NCBI RefSeq assembly: GCF_001447785.1 | Contig: NW_015173751.1 | Location: 18,875 to 82,874 of the forward strand | Source of the DNA: Gekko japonicus | Lineage: Eukaryota | DNA: 64,000 nucleotides | Direction of reading: 5' to 3' | Shown: one piece after another, positions 13,077 to 26,264 of the stretch | Layout: each line of letters starts with the position of its first letter | Position numbering within the stretch: position 1 is the first letter of the stretch | Made by a program: the position numbers and the translations under genes | Notes under the pieces: generated by a model | What the model was told of the DNA's origin: nothing | Seen by the model: only the letters and a program-made list of their open reading frames with translations | Database searches by the model: none

Positions 13077-14724
13077 GGGGGGCGTGGCAGCTGTCCTTCT
13101 GGTCGGCTGCAGCTCTACCGCTCTCCTGCTATCCCCGATAGAAAATAATGCTTAGCTCCTCAACAAACAAAGTAATTTTGTTAAAACTTGCAATGCCAGA
13201 CATGGGAAGGACTGGGGGGGAGGAGCTAGAAACCTGCCTTATAAACCACCGAGGAAAGGCACTATTGACTAGGAAGAATCAGACCAAGAGACTTCTTTGC
13301 TTGAAGAAATGGCGGCAGTGGGAGGAAAACTAGACCAAAGTTATCAGGCTCCAATTGCACAGGCATTAACAGAAATAAAAGAAGAAATAAAAAGTTAGAT
13401 TAAAAACTTTGAGTTGTGATGTCAGGCAATTAAGGAAGGAATTCACACAGCTTAAGCTCGTAATTAACCCGATAAATCAAAAATTGGACGAACTTACCTC
13501 ATCTGTGAAAACAATGGGGGGGAAAGCAGAATCCACGTTTCAAATTGCCAGAAAAGCGGCTGATGATTTGTTGGAGTTACAAGAGTTTGAAAAGTGGGCT
13601 AAGAAAAAAATTATCCTTCAAGAGACCAGGTTAAGAGAAAGAAAAGCGAAACTCCATGGAGTTTCCTCCAACTTTTGTACGACAGGAGATCTTAAAGAGG
13701 AACTAAACAAATAGCTCCAGCAGACTCTTCAATTGGTGGGAGACGCAGAGACTTCAGAAGAGATAATAACCTCGGCCAGGGCTCCCGTAGGCATCTCGGC
13801 AGATATTATTGTGGAGTTCAAGGAGCTACAGACTAGAAACAGACTTTTTAAAATAGCACGAGAAAAACAAGGTCTGGCCCTTGAAGATACATGTGTTTTT
13901 TTGTATGCTGACATCATGCCAGAGGTCCTTATTGCGAGACAAAGACTATGTGAAACAGCAAAGACATTGAGAGAAAAAGAGATCCCTTACAGATGGTTAG
14001 TGCTTGGCCACCTGGTGGTCAATATAAATAATAAAAAGTTTTCAGCACATAATGAGACAATGGGTAAAAAGTTAGTGGAGGTTGTTATTAAACTGAAGGA
14101 AGGAGGTGTTTGAAGGGAATAATGTGTTCTGGCATTGATATTTAGGTTATAAAGTGAGCATGAAAAAATAACTGAAAGTTGGGTTTATTAGTATAGGAAA
14201 AGATTTAAACTTTAAATATTATTAAGCAAGAATGTTATACAAGTGTAAAGTGATAGATTAGGGTATAGCAAGGAGGCATAGAGTGTGCCCCCCTCTAAGA
14301 CCTCCAGTATAGGGTGGGAGGAGGTTTCCCCTCCCACTGTAGAGTCCTTCTCTTCAGCACCCATAATTGGAGGCAACTCCTTCCAACTTTTCTTTTCAGG
14401 AACAGAAGAGGATGGGTAGTAGAAATTGATGCTGGAATGAACTGAAGATAAGGAATGTATTAAGGATAATTATAAGTTTTGGGGGAAGTTGTATGGGGAC
14501 CTAATTAACTGGTAAGATAGGGACATAAGAAAGGAGGAGGGATTAAACGAGATCAAAAAGGATTGGGTTGATGACATAGTAACCTCGGGGGACTTTTTCT
14601 TTTCTTTTTTTGCTTGGTTATCACTTGTGTTAAAAAGATTGAAAATGAGTATATCAACAAGATGCTTAATGAATTGTGTGTATGTAGATTGATAGATATA
14701 CTCAATTAAAAATATTAGTTAAAA
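13077..14724 (+). mobile_element. ORF1-only L1 derivative (HAL1-like), apparently full length with TSD
   Basis: GGGGGGCG start; degenerate ORF1p ~13194-14113 (coiled coil, ETRLRERKAKLHGV, ADIIVEF, FLYADIMPEVLIARQRL, LREKEIPYRWL); ~610 bp non-coding 3' region; ATTAAA and A tail; 15-bp TSD aaatg(a/t)cctgatcat at 13062-13076 and 14725-14739. Confidence 0.85.
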
Positions 14725-14789
14725 AAATGTCCTGATCATTGCTTGCAGATCACACTGATATTGAAGGAACACTTAGAGGGACCAGTATA

Positions 14790-14827
14790 GACTGGCTTTC
14801 GAGCAAGGGAACCTTTACCTTTACCTT
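14790..14827 (+). mobile_element. Sauria SINE 3' stub with (ACCTTT)n tail, between two copies of a 140-bp duplication
   Basis: gactggctttcgagcaagggaacctttacctttacctt matches the 3' end of the Sauria SINE at 58262-58296 (reverse complement). Confidence 0.85.
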
Positions 14828-17475
14828 TATATCAACAAGATGCTGAATGAATTGTGTGTATGTAGATTGATAGATATACTCAATTAAAAATATTAGTTAA
14901 AAAAATGTCCTGATCATTGCTTGCAGATCACACTGATATTGAAGGAACACTTAGAGGGACCAGTATAAATGTTGACAACTTTACCACAGAGTGGTATATG
15001 AGCAGTGGAGTTTTGACTTGTTTGTAGCTTTTGTTCTCAAGCAGGAGTGCTATTGTGCCTGTTGGCAAGGGGAGAAGAGGGTCTATCCATTTCCTACCCC
15101 AGACAACACAACAGGCTAAATCCTCTCCAGACTGTGCCTATGATACAAATTTTTCTGGTTACTGACATGCGTTGACATTCAATTCAACATGCTGGTTCTT
15201 ATGATACAAATTTTTCTGGTTACTGACATGCTTTGACATTCAATTCAACATGCTGGTCCATAAAGCTCTATGTGGTCTGAGCCCCATATTTATTTATTTA
15301 TTTAGGAAAAAAACCAACCCTCTATCCAGAAACCTACCTAAAGCAGCTTACAATATCTCTGCCCTATGAATCTTTGTTTCACTTTAGATTTTTTCTGAAC
15401 TTTCTACTGAGTGTCCCATCTCCAAAATCCTTGAAATCTGCTACAGATCAGGTATGTTCCCGATCAGGTGATCTTTGGAACATTTTTCCAGAGGAGGTCA
15501 GGAAAGCATTTAGCTTGCTGGAGTTCTAGAGACATTGCAAAGTCTTATTGTTTTAAATATTCAAGATGTTTTGGCAATAGAGTAAGCAAAGATATAAGTA
15601 ACCGTAGATTAGATGTTTGGAAGCACTTGCATCACCAAGAATCATGTGTCCAAATTATGTGTTTCCAAACTGTGGCATCCATAAATAATCAATTTTGTCC
15701 TTCTAAAAATTAGAGTTTGGGATCCTAATTGCAGAACTGGAAATCAAGACCATATATCCTTAGGCTAAATACTACACTAAGGGCACACTTGGTAATGTAT
15801 CATAAACCAGAGGATCTAAATAAATAATGCAGATACATGTGATTTATGTATCATACTTGTGAATATGGTAGGTGTCAAAGTATAATGTACTGTAATAACT
15901 GTCTATACATTTTTATTTCATCCTTCCATTAAGGAGCTCAGAACAGAAAACATGGTTCCCCCGTACACACATTTTGTCCTTGCCACAGCTCTGTGAGTTA
16001 AATTAGCCTGAGATAGAATGACTTGCCCAAGTTTACCCTGTGAACTTCGTGGGCGAATGGTGATTTGAACCTATGTCTCTCAGATCCTAGTCCAACACTT
16101 GAACTGTTATGCAATATTCTGGTGTGTTACGTGGTAACCAAAACTGCCACATCATAATGGAAAGAGGAGTGTAAATGGATAAGATGTGGGGTGCTAGACT
16201 GGATTTTTTTAAAAAAAGGAAACAATTTACAAGTTTCTGATAAGAGTATGTACATTGCAGGTTATACAGTTCTGATGTAATGTAATATACATACCCTTTT
16301 AATTTCTCTGTTTCTGAATTTCAAATATATATTCTCTCCCTTGGCTCATGAATACATATGACTGTGTCTAGTTTTACTGAGACAGAAAATAGCCTGGCAT
16401 AGCTATATGGATAGCTCTGGTATTTGTGTGCTGGATAGGAAAAGAATTTTTCATTTCATACATCATTTACAAAGTGCTATATCTTTTCAATAATGTCACT
16501 CTATATACCAATTCCTAAAGAAACAGACCTGACTGCTCTACTGGTGTAAAAAGGGGATTCTATATACCAATTCCTAAAGAAACAGACTGCTCTACTGGTG
16601 TAAAAAGGGGGTAGCTTTGTGGAAGTCAATAGAGAGACACAAACTTACATCAAATGAGGGTCAGACCAAATGACAATATAAAAGAAAAAGAAAGAGAGAC
16701 TTTCCCCCCAGGGTTTGTCTAAATTCTGCATTGCTCCTGCACGTCCTCACCTTTTTCACAGCATGCTGTCTGAGCTTTGGCACCTACCAGTGATCCCAAG
16801 TGAATGCCAAGGGACTGCAATTTCATGCCGTCTTCACATTATGTCTATGTCCTTTCGATTGGCATCTTTTCTCCTTGGTCCAAAAGGAGTTGTGCACAAA
16901 ATATTGGCCCCTATGAAATACCGGTGCCTCTGCCTTACAATGCTGCCAGCAACAAGTAAATAAGGCCAGGCCAAATGGCATCAGCGTCAGAGCACATTTG
17001 TCCTCATACACAAGTGACAAAGAGAGCAAAGGAAGTGGATGAACAAGTGGTGGCAGGTTTCCATCACTCTTGTAGTGGTAAAACAGCAGCAATACCAGTA
17101 ACTGCAACAGAACTAGTAGCAGGCCTTCTCGCAAGCTGCATGATGCCAGTGGAATGCTGGTGGAGCTGGAGGCAGAGGTGCTAAGCCGCCCCCCTGAGCT
17201 TCTGTTGCCTGTCACTGCTTTTTTAAAAAAGCAGTTACAGGCATTATGATGTCACTTCTGGGGAAAACTGAGGCATGACAGTGGCACTGTAGCTTTAGGA
17301 ATTTCTAGAAATTCTATTGTTTTATGCAGCCCCCTTTCTTTATGTCTCCACCCCCCAACCATTTTGTTGAGCTTGGCAACCCTAGCAGAAAGACTATAAG
17401 ACAGGGAAGTAATTTTGTGCCATTCCACAGCCAAGTACGGTAGCCAGTTGAAGCTAACCCCCCACCCAGAAGATT

Positions 17476-17713
17476 AGGGTTCCCAGCCCCCAGGTCCCAG
17501 TGGGGGTTCCTCTGCTTTTGAGGGCTTCAATCCACTGCCAGCCAGCTGACCAGTGGGGACCAAACAGGGATGTCACACAGTGACATGATGACATCACCGG
17601 GAAGTGATGTCATTGTGTCGCCAATGTCGGAGGGTGACACTCTATAGTTTTGAAGATCCTGGAAAGGACCTGGGAGCCCCCTGCCAGCTGCCTGGTAGGA
17701 CCTGGCAAACCTA
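17476..17713. mobile_element. AGGGTTGCCA-type MITE
   Basis: tagggttccca...tggcaaaccta ends; internal gatgacatcaccgggaagtgatgtcat palindrome. Confidence 0.65.
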
Positions 17714-19834
17714 CAGGAAATTCTGGGGTTGGGCAAAGCATCATTCAGCATCACTTCTGCTAATGTCATAGAAAGCAATGGCATATATTGCCAGGGATAC
17801 TCTAGCAGCTCCAAAATTCTGTGGTCTTATCATCGAGTTTGGGGGGCATTTGTAGAGTGTCCCAGCAACTTGTCATGTTGCTTCCACTTATGTGACCAGA
17901 AGTGATGGAGTGGCAATTCACAATGTCATTTTTCAATCCAGTTTCTCTGCTGCTGTACCAGGCAGCAACAAAGGCTGGGGGCAGGAGGTCTCTCATTATA
18001 CTAGGATACCTAGTCTGCTTACAGTCAATCTTCTTTTCACTTCTCAAGAAATCTTGAGGATACAGTGTTACACTGTAGGCCTAAAGCAGGCCAAAAATGA
18101 TGAGTGGAAGTCATGCTTCCCATTCGTATCCTCTGGCTGTCAAGGGATCTGTGCTAGTCTTTTAGTGTTGCCTTGGCATCAAGTCCCCAGTTAAGAAATC
18201 ACTGGACTTTCACAAAATGTCGAACAAAAATGTGTTTACTTATATAAACTGACCCCCCCCTCAGGGAACAGGTGAATCTGCTTAAGGGCCCTATAATCAC
18301 GTGTTCCAGTGCCTTGAACAGTGAGCCAAGCACTGAAAGCTTATGAAAGATCCCTAAGGATACATACAGAAAAGAGGAGTGCCTGTTTCCCCCCAATATG
18401 GTTTGTTTTTATTTATGACCTTTATACGGGTCCCCGTTGGATGACTTTTTTTCTTTTTCCTTCTCCCCACTGTCCATCCTTAGGTACTGTGTGGGTTGCC
18501 TCTAGTATAATGACTAGACAGGCTGTCTGGTTGGGCAGCCAGTCAAAAGGCTGATGGGGGACCCTCTTTCCTCTACTTCCCCCAGCATCTGTTCCTGGTG
18601 TTCTAGAGGTGCTTCGCTGAATATATTATTTAGGGAAGAGAAGGAAAGGAAGAAAAGGAGGAGAAGGGAGCCTCAACAAATGACATCTATTCATGCACTT
18701 TTTAAAATTCAGTTTCATTACTGAAAATGAATTAAACAAAATGGACCTTTAAAAAAATTGGGGATGCACACCTCTAGGACAGACACAAAATGAGAATTTG
18801 CTATGCTCTGAAGGTCTAGATGCCTCTAAGGGCAATTAATTATTGCATTTTCATGCTCTAAAAGAAACTGGTTTTGGCCTTCAGAATGAAGAGTATTTTG
18901 ATTCAGGGAAAGAAAGCATATCATAGCTATTGGATGTTTGGAGAAATTCTGAATCCATTCCAAGGCAGCAAAAAGATTAATCAACTCTAAATTCTTTAAT
19001 CAGTTTGTTAGCCCTAAGAGATGTTGTCTATAACCAAAAGTTGTGCTGGAGGTGGTCATTACTGCAACGTTCCTTGGCTCTCACCTCATTAGGGAGTCCA
19101 GGAATGCTCTGAGAAAACAGAAGGGGGAAAGAAAGTGAATCCCCGCAAGAAGAGAATCAAAGCATTTTCTCTGCAGCTCTTCTTTTGCTCTTAGTTCAGT
19201 GATCTGCTGAAATGCTGACAGATGTACAGCCCCCTGTGCTTCTATTAGCACTTTTGGCAGTAAGACACAATGCATAGCAAGGCTGGAGCAGGGCTGGTTT
19301 GAAAATCTGCTAAGTTAAGCTCTGAAGCATGCAACTGGAGAATCCTTTGCTTATGGCAGAGGGACCTCCTCCTCACCTAGAGTTCTTGTCAAACAAAACT
19401 AGCAACAAACACAAGGATGGATCTGTCAGTTCATGAGTGGGGAGGGGGGATCACTTTGAAAGGAGTCTTGCAATTTTACTTCCCAGCATTCAAAAAGTCA
19501 AAGGGGGAAATGCTTTCCCCAGTTGTTCAACTTTGTGATTTTTAAAAGAGAAAGAGAAAGCAAAAACTACTCAGGGTAGAATGGTGCATACACTCTTCAG
19601 AGGGACAGGTGAAATAAAAACATAATAGAAAGACATTCAGAGAAATGAGGAGAGTTTATCATTGTGATAGTCCCACCATTAGGATGAGTCTGAATGGTAA
19701 TCTAAGCATTGTTTGTCTAGGAACATGTGAATATGGTCCATGTATGATTATGTGTAAAGAATGTGTGATGCAGATTGTGTGAGAGTAAAATATAATACAT
19801 AAATAGAAATGGAAGGTATATGTGAGTACAAGGA

Positions 19835-19965
19835 AGGCCCCAGGTTGAACTCTGGCATCTCCAGTTAACAGGATCAGGTAGCAGGTGATGTGAAAGACCT
19901 TTAACCTGAGACCCTGGAGAGCTGCTTGCCTGTCTGAGTAGCCAGATCAATACTATGAGACAGTG
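19835..19965 (+). mobile_element. Squamate tRNA-SINE fragment (Squam2-like)
   Basis: ccaggttgaactctggcatctccagttaacaggatcaggtagcaggtgatgtgaaagacct...gagaccctggagagctgc. Related copies at ~1610-1730, 30690-30870 (-) and 46640-46790 (-). Confidence 0.6.
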
Positions 19966-20164
19966 TGTGAGTCACTTGGCAGATTCTTCAGGACCTTCAT
20001 GGTCATCACCATGATGCTCTTTGGCCCTGTTCTCCCTTTATAGTTCTCTTAATGTTTAATACATCATCCACTCCCGACTTTTAGCTATGGCTAGGAGGAA
20101 GCAATACTGAAATATGCCAAAATGGCCATTTAGGTCCAACCCAACCACATAATTTATACACATA

Positions 20165-21870
20165 TTTCATTACCCTGGCTATGGGAAAAGCTGAAGGAAT
20201 ATGGCATTGATTGAACCATGTGTCTTTTACTTAATTCAAAAGCTCTACAACCATCCCTCCACCCGGGTTAGATGCAGGAAATTAGGACAGCTATCAGAGC
20301 CTTTCATCCTAGAAAAAGGAGTCAAGCAGGGATGTTTACCTGCACCCATGTTGTTTGATTTATATATAAATGGCCTCAGACCCTGTCTCCTGAAGGAAGC
20401 CTGTCATCATTCACGTTGATGTAAGCATGTAGTTCCAACCCTTATATATGTTGAGGATGCAGTGATAATGTCTAGACCAATAGGGTCCTCCACAAACTAC
20501 TGGAAAAGAAAATGAAATTCTTAGGAATAACATTGTATGATTAAGAATACAAAAACTAAAGACATTATAAGACAAATTAAAAAATGTGTAAGGAAGTTGG
20601 ATGTTACAAGTACGTCTTAGGGTGCACAGGATACGTTCGACACTCTATTTGGGAATTGCCTCCCGATGCAATTGTTGAGATATTTTTTTATGAATTGACA
20701 GTCCCCAAACTAAGAAGAGCTTTTACTTTGGCAGCAATGAACATTGTTCCCTGGCAGTTTTGGAGGGCAGATATAATAGTGTAATAGAGTATCATACTCT
20801 AATAGAACATACAGATGCTCATGATAAAATCCACTTCATAGATCCTGCCATTAAGCTTTTACATTAGCAAGGTCATCCCCCAAATACTCTATGCTGTTGA
20901 AGTATGGGGATGGCAAGATCAAACCCTTACCAAGCTGGAAATAATCCAAAATAATTTTATGAGGTACATTCTGGCACTCCCACAGGGGACACCAGCAGCC
21001 ATGATGTGAGCTGAGCTTGGCTTACCCTCAATAAGGGCTCGTGCACATGTTATAATCTTGAAACCTTGGAAGAAACATCAGCTAGCCAATACTAGCACTT
21101 TTAGTAATTCTAGCTTCCATATTCTGCAAACTAACGACCCAGCCCATCTTAGCACACTATCCAACATCATTGCTAAATACACTATTCCGGACGACTTATT
21201 ATTCCCTTCAGGTAACAACTTACATTTGCGGGACTGGGTCTATAATGAAGATACACTAATTGACAGATCCCTAATCAGTCGACAGAAATTTGCACCACGA
21301 TATCCAGCATTTAAAACAGACCATTCTAGAGCCTCCTATCTGGCTCTTATTTCAATATATAGCATAAGAAGGGCACTCACTGCTCTTCGCTTTCAGACCA
21401 TGCCATCTGAGCTGTTAAAAGGATGACACCTCAAACTGACTATTTCCTATAGAATGGCACTCTATGCTCATGTTGTAAGGAAAATGTACTTTCAGAATGT
21501 GCTATTTGAGAAACCTGATTTTAAAACTTATATTCATACTTCATCTATATATTTTAATTTTCTTTTAAATGTATTGTCAATCTTTGTACTGTTTTTTTAT
21601 CTTTCATATTGTGATGGCCATTGGCTACATGCAATAAACTTTGAACTGATCATGATAAAATCGAAACTATCGAACATATGATTATGGAGTGCCCTATATT
21701 CAACGAGTTGAGGACTAATTTAGTCACCTCTTTACTTAAATATATGGAATTGCTAAATGTGTGAGCCCAGGTGTTATGGTTACTATCATACAAATGATTG
21801 TGTTACCCTCTCAGTGGCAAAATTCATAGGCACAATAATCAAATAGAAGAGAAATAATACTGAGTAAGGT
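20165..21870 (+). mobile_element. Old RTE-X-like LINE fragment (RT and C-terminal zinc knuckle), split by a nested insertion
   Basis: LIQKLY...SEPFILEKGVKQGCLPAPMLFDLYINGL RT motif; LRRAFTLA; KIETIEHMIMECPIFNELR resumes after 21650. Confidence 0.7.
20832..21649 (+). mobile_element. Nested 5'-truncated RTE-X-like LINE with 13-bp TSD
   Basis: LYAVEVWG...LEIIQNNFMRYILALPQGTP...ELGL and RRALTALRFQTMPS motifs; AATAAA near the end; TSD tcatgataaaatc at 20819-20831 and 21650-21662. Confidence 0.75.
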
Positions 21871-21928
21871 CTTTTAAAATATTTTTGGTTCTAATTTCTG
21901 CTTAAGGTGATAGTCGTGTGAGCAGTAC

Positions 21929-21996
<68 letters not shown>
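21929..21996. repeat. Compound (GATA)n(GACA)n microsatellite
   Basis: Direct reading. Confidence 0.97.
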
Positions 21997-23264
21997 TTTC
22001 CTTCTGCATCTACTTTGTTTTACAAGTGGTTTCAAATTCCAGAAATCAGAAGTAAAGGAAAGCATGAACTGGGGGAGGTCATGTGAAGAAGCCCAGCAAC
22101 AAGAGTGATTTTGGAAGGGACAATTGCTCTTTGTTGGAAAGCTTTGAGTGACCCCAAAAGGAGTTCCTTGGGGACATTAACCAAGAGTGCTGCTCAGTGG
22201 CTGTTTCTTGGCAGTGTATACTGTAGAAACAGGATGCTTATAGAGTCTGACTCTGAAATGGGATTAAAAATCCCTACTCATTCCAAATGGGAAGAGCTCT
22301 GGATTTCTCTAAGAAAGGTCTGATGTGACCCTTGTATCAGAACCAGGGGCCAGGATTTCCAAGGTATTTTCCCACTTGCATACTTGCTGTTTCGCTGGGC
22401 TTTCGGTTGAAGCATCGGATGTCCAAATCTATCTTGGCATCCCCTGCTGACAGGGCTGATTTTCTTAATCTAGTGAGCTATCCAGCTGCCCTACTCTGAA
22501 ATGCGAGCTTTGTTATCAAGGCAAGTGCACTCTGGTTTTCTGCAAGATTGATTTTAATGTTATTTTTATTGTTAAATTTCTATTGTTATTGTAGTCATAA
22601 TCTTTATGTGTCTTCATAATCCGCCCTGAGCCCACTTGTGGGGAGGGTGGGATAAAAATAAAATTAATAATAAATAAAGTCACCACATGCATGTGTGCAC
22701 ACACACATACACACAAAACCTAGAACCCTGATTTGTATTCCTGTGCAAATGCTTCCTCCTGTACACCCCATAGACATGAAGCAAAATGTTTCAATATTGA
22801 AAGAAATAGGAACAACATAGAAATCTGCTGCTTTGTAAAATTCAACCAATAGTACCATGTATAAAAATCCATTTATTTTAATTTTTGCACTTGCATGAGA
22901 AGATCATTTTCATCCTGCCTGCTTTCTTTGGCAATTTTTCCATTTTTGTTTGCTTCTTTTGTGGCATTTTAATGCTATTTTTACCTCACTTTTAAAAAAC
23001 GATACCCTATTTTAATGATATTATGTTATTTATGTACAATTTTTATTTGTGAATATTTCTATTTTAATTAGTTAATATGGTGAAGAGAGAAGGATAATAG
23101 CAGTGTGAAGTGTGGGGAAACCTTAGAATAAACTTGAGCTTACTATTTAAACCTGTGTTGTCACAAAATTTGATAACATCCCTAAGAAGTACAAATTCAC
23201 ACTGGAGTTAGTATACATTATGGATTCCAACATCAAGTCTAAAACACATCCCAAAATACCTGGC

Positions 23265-24247
23265 TATTTATTATTTATTTATTTATTATTCAACTTATAC
23301 CCCTCCCTCCCCGCCACCCAGGCTCAGGCAGCTTACTTTCGTTAAAACGTTCATAGTATATAAATAACAATGAAAATCTGGTAGAATCATCACAAAACAA
23401 TTTGAATCAGAATAGTACTACTAAGTGCTGCTGATATTTCTCTAATTATACAAGGCGGCGTACTTTGTAAGTTTTCAGTTTCTCGATGTTCTTCACATAA
23501 CCGGCCCTCGAGGCTGGGAGTTGGTGGTGATAGTAGGAGCAGCTCCTAGTTGAAAGCCTGGTGGAAGACCTCTGTCTTGCAGGCCCTGCAGAACTGTGAG
23601 AGGTCCCGCAGGGCCCTGATCTCTTCCAGGAGCTCATTCCACCAGTATGGAACCACCACTGAAAAGGACCTGACCCTGGTGGTAGTGAGCCTGGCTTCCT
23701 TAGGACCAGGGAGGGTCAATCGATTCTGAGACCCCGGCCGTAGTACTATCTGGGGTATATAGGGAAAGGCAATCCCTCAGGTATGTCGGACCCTGGCCAT
23801 ATAGGGCTTTATAGGTAAGTACCAGTACCTTGAAGTGAATTCGGTATGCTATTGGCAGCCAGAGCAGTGTTCTCAGAACAGGCTTGATGTGCACTAGCTG
23901 CAGCTTCCGAATTTGCAACAAGGGCAGCCCCATGTAGAGAGCATTACAGTAGTCCAGTCTCGAGGTGACCATAGCATGGATCACTGTGACCAAGTCATTG
24001 CGGTCCAGGAAGGGAGCCAACTGCCTGACCAGCCGCAGATGGTAGAAGGCCGACAAGGCAGTGGCTGCTACCTGAGCCTCCATTGTTAAGGAGGTATCCA
24101 GGAGCACTCCCAGACTCCTAACCTCTGACACTGTCACCCATGGGGGGGACCCCATCAAAGGTTGGGAGTGGGATCCCCACCCCTGAACCACCCTGACTCA
24201 AGCGCAGGACCTCCATCTTTGCCGGATTCGACTTCAGCCGACTCAGG
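23265..24247 (-). mobile_element. L2-clade LINE 3' fragment with (TAAA)n tail
   Basis: ORF 23700-24191 (VRSLGVLLDTSLTMEAQV, TSRLDYCNALYMGLP, YKALYGQGPTYLRD) is closely related to the L2 at 3152-4285; (ttta)n at ~23265-23290. Confidence 0.9.
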
Positions 24248-26264
24248 TTACAGGCAGTCAATCAATAGGATGGGTGAGGGATTCTGAGGCTGAGAAATAA
24301 GTGATAATTCCTTATTTGCCATTTTTAAACAACAGCAATTTGTGACACCATTCTTATTTTTGACTTTACTAGAAAAGGAATGACTGTAGTGTGTCCAAAT
24401 ACCATAGCAATAGAGGGAGCCCTTGTAGGAGTCATAATTTCCTGGAAATCAGGAGAGGGAAAGGCTTGTTCTGAGAGCTTTATTTAAGACAGAGACCACT
24501 GGGCTATGAGGACTCTCTGTGGCATTTGAGTAAGGAGCTTTCATATATCTCCTATCACCCTGCCAGTGATCTGCCTGTAGATTGTGACCTGCCTTCTGTA
24601 TCTGAAGCGCAATGCAATAGCCTTGTTTTACATACTCAACTGTCCTTTTGTTATGAATTTTTCTTCAAAACTTATTATCATCTATTCATTTGTGACCACA
24701 TTTACCCATGTGGTAAACTGAGGAGGGAATTTAGGGTGCGGGGGCCTCACTGACAGGGATCTGTCCAGACTTATTAGAATCACAGGTGCCTTGCTTCTAC
24801 TTGATACTGAATTGCCATTCATTGGAGCTTGAGTTATTTTTCATATCTTCCTCCCCTTTGAGGAATGGTGTGTAATCTAATTCATAGTCCATCTCACTGT
24901 GGGCTCAGATGTACTTATGGATGAAGATCACCCTTGGATGAGGCGTTATGAGCATAGACTTCATCCTTCCCATCTTCATCCATGCAGAACATTCTTGTAA
25001 AGAGCCAGGACCATGCTGTCATCCATTCCCCTCCACTCACATCACCATGGGAAGCAGTAACTGGGGGCTGACAGGGATATAATTCTATGGTTAGCTCAAA
25101 AGAAACAGTCAAGTGCAGAGCCTGAGAGTCCTGACTCACTCCTAGCTCTTTGAAACTGGTTGTCTTTGATCAACATCAAAATTGAACAAGAAATGAAGAA
25201 TTGTGTCCTGGACATGCAATGTCCACTTGCAGTCTGATATTCCTGTCTGCAAGACCTATATTGCACTGCAGTCTGTTCTGCAGTTTCCCATCTTCCTTTG
25301 ACAACAAATGAAGAGGCTGTGCGGCTGTTGAATGTTAGAGGGAGAGTTTGGTGCAAACATAATGACATGCTTTATTGTGATTTCTCAACCTTCTAGTCCA
25401 AGGGTCCCCAATTTTTTGAGCTTGAGGCAATTTTGGAATGTTGAGAGCAGGTGGGGAGAGCTACCCCAAAATGGCTGCCATGGGAGGCAGAGCCAAACAT
25501 GAAATTGCTGCCCCAGGAGGCAGGACCAAACAATACTGCAAAACATAGACAGGGAAGAAAAAGAAATGAAGGAAAGCTGGGGTGGGGGTGGGGAGAGAAA
25601 ATAAAAAGGAGAAATCAACCAAATGCCTAAATGCTTACTAGTCCTCCTGATCCTCCAGTGGCTGCTGCTCTTATTACAACCATAGAAACTCCTTTCCTTT
25701 GAAGAAGGGCAGCCAATAAGAAGCTCTGCTTTACAAACTAGATGTGTGCCAGAGGATGCCCCATTGGGGAACATTGTTATAGTCAAATACCACACTGCAG
25801 TTTTCCCTGACCCATTTAAAAATGAGTGCAGGGATTAAGATTGGTGTCTTGCATGTACCACACCAAGTTTCATTATAATCTCTCATTCTTCAAAGCAGAT
25901 ATCTCATTATATTGAACTCTGTACCTTTCCTACCGACCCCCTTGAAAATGGGTGTAGGACCTGATTGGAGGTCTGTACCTATATACAGAGTATTGTCCTG
26001 GAACTGTACTCCACCTAAGATTTCAATGTCTTAGTATACAAAGGAAAAACTGTATTGTTTTCTATTTTCCACCCCCTCCCCCGGTTTTGAAAATGGGAAT
26101 CACACTGGCATGTGAACGTGAAATGTACAATTGTGTCCTGAATATTAGCAGACATCACTCTGATATCTCAATATTCAAGAATTTTTGTTTTACCAACAAA
26201 CAAATATACGAATGGAATATTGAACAGACAAGTCCTCACTCTTGCTTGACTTGCCTGACAAATC

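Noticed and set aside
15138-15258. CRISPR-like or other prokaryotic repeat arrays
   Set aside because: Eukaryotic DNA; the repeats are two-copy tandem duplications without spacers.
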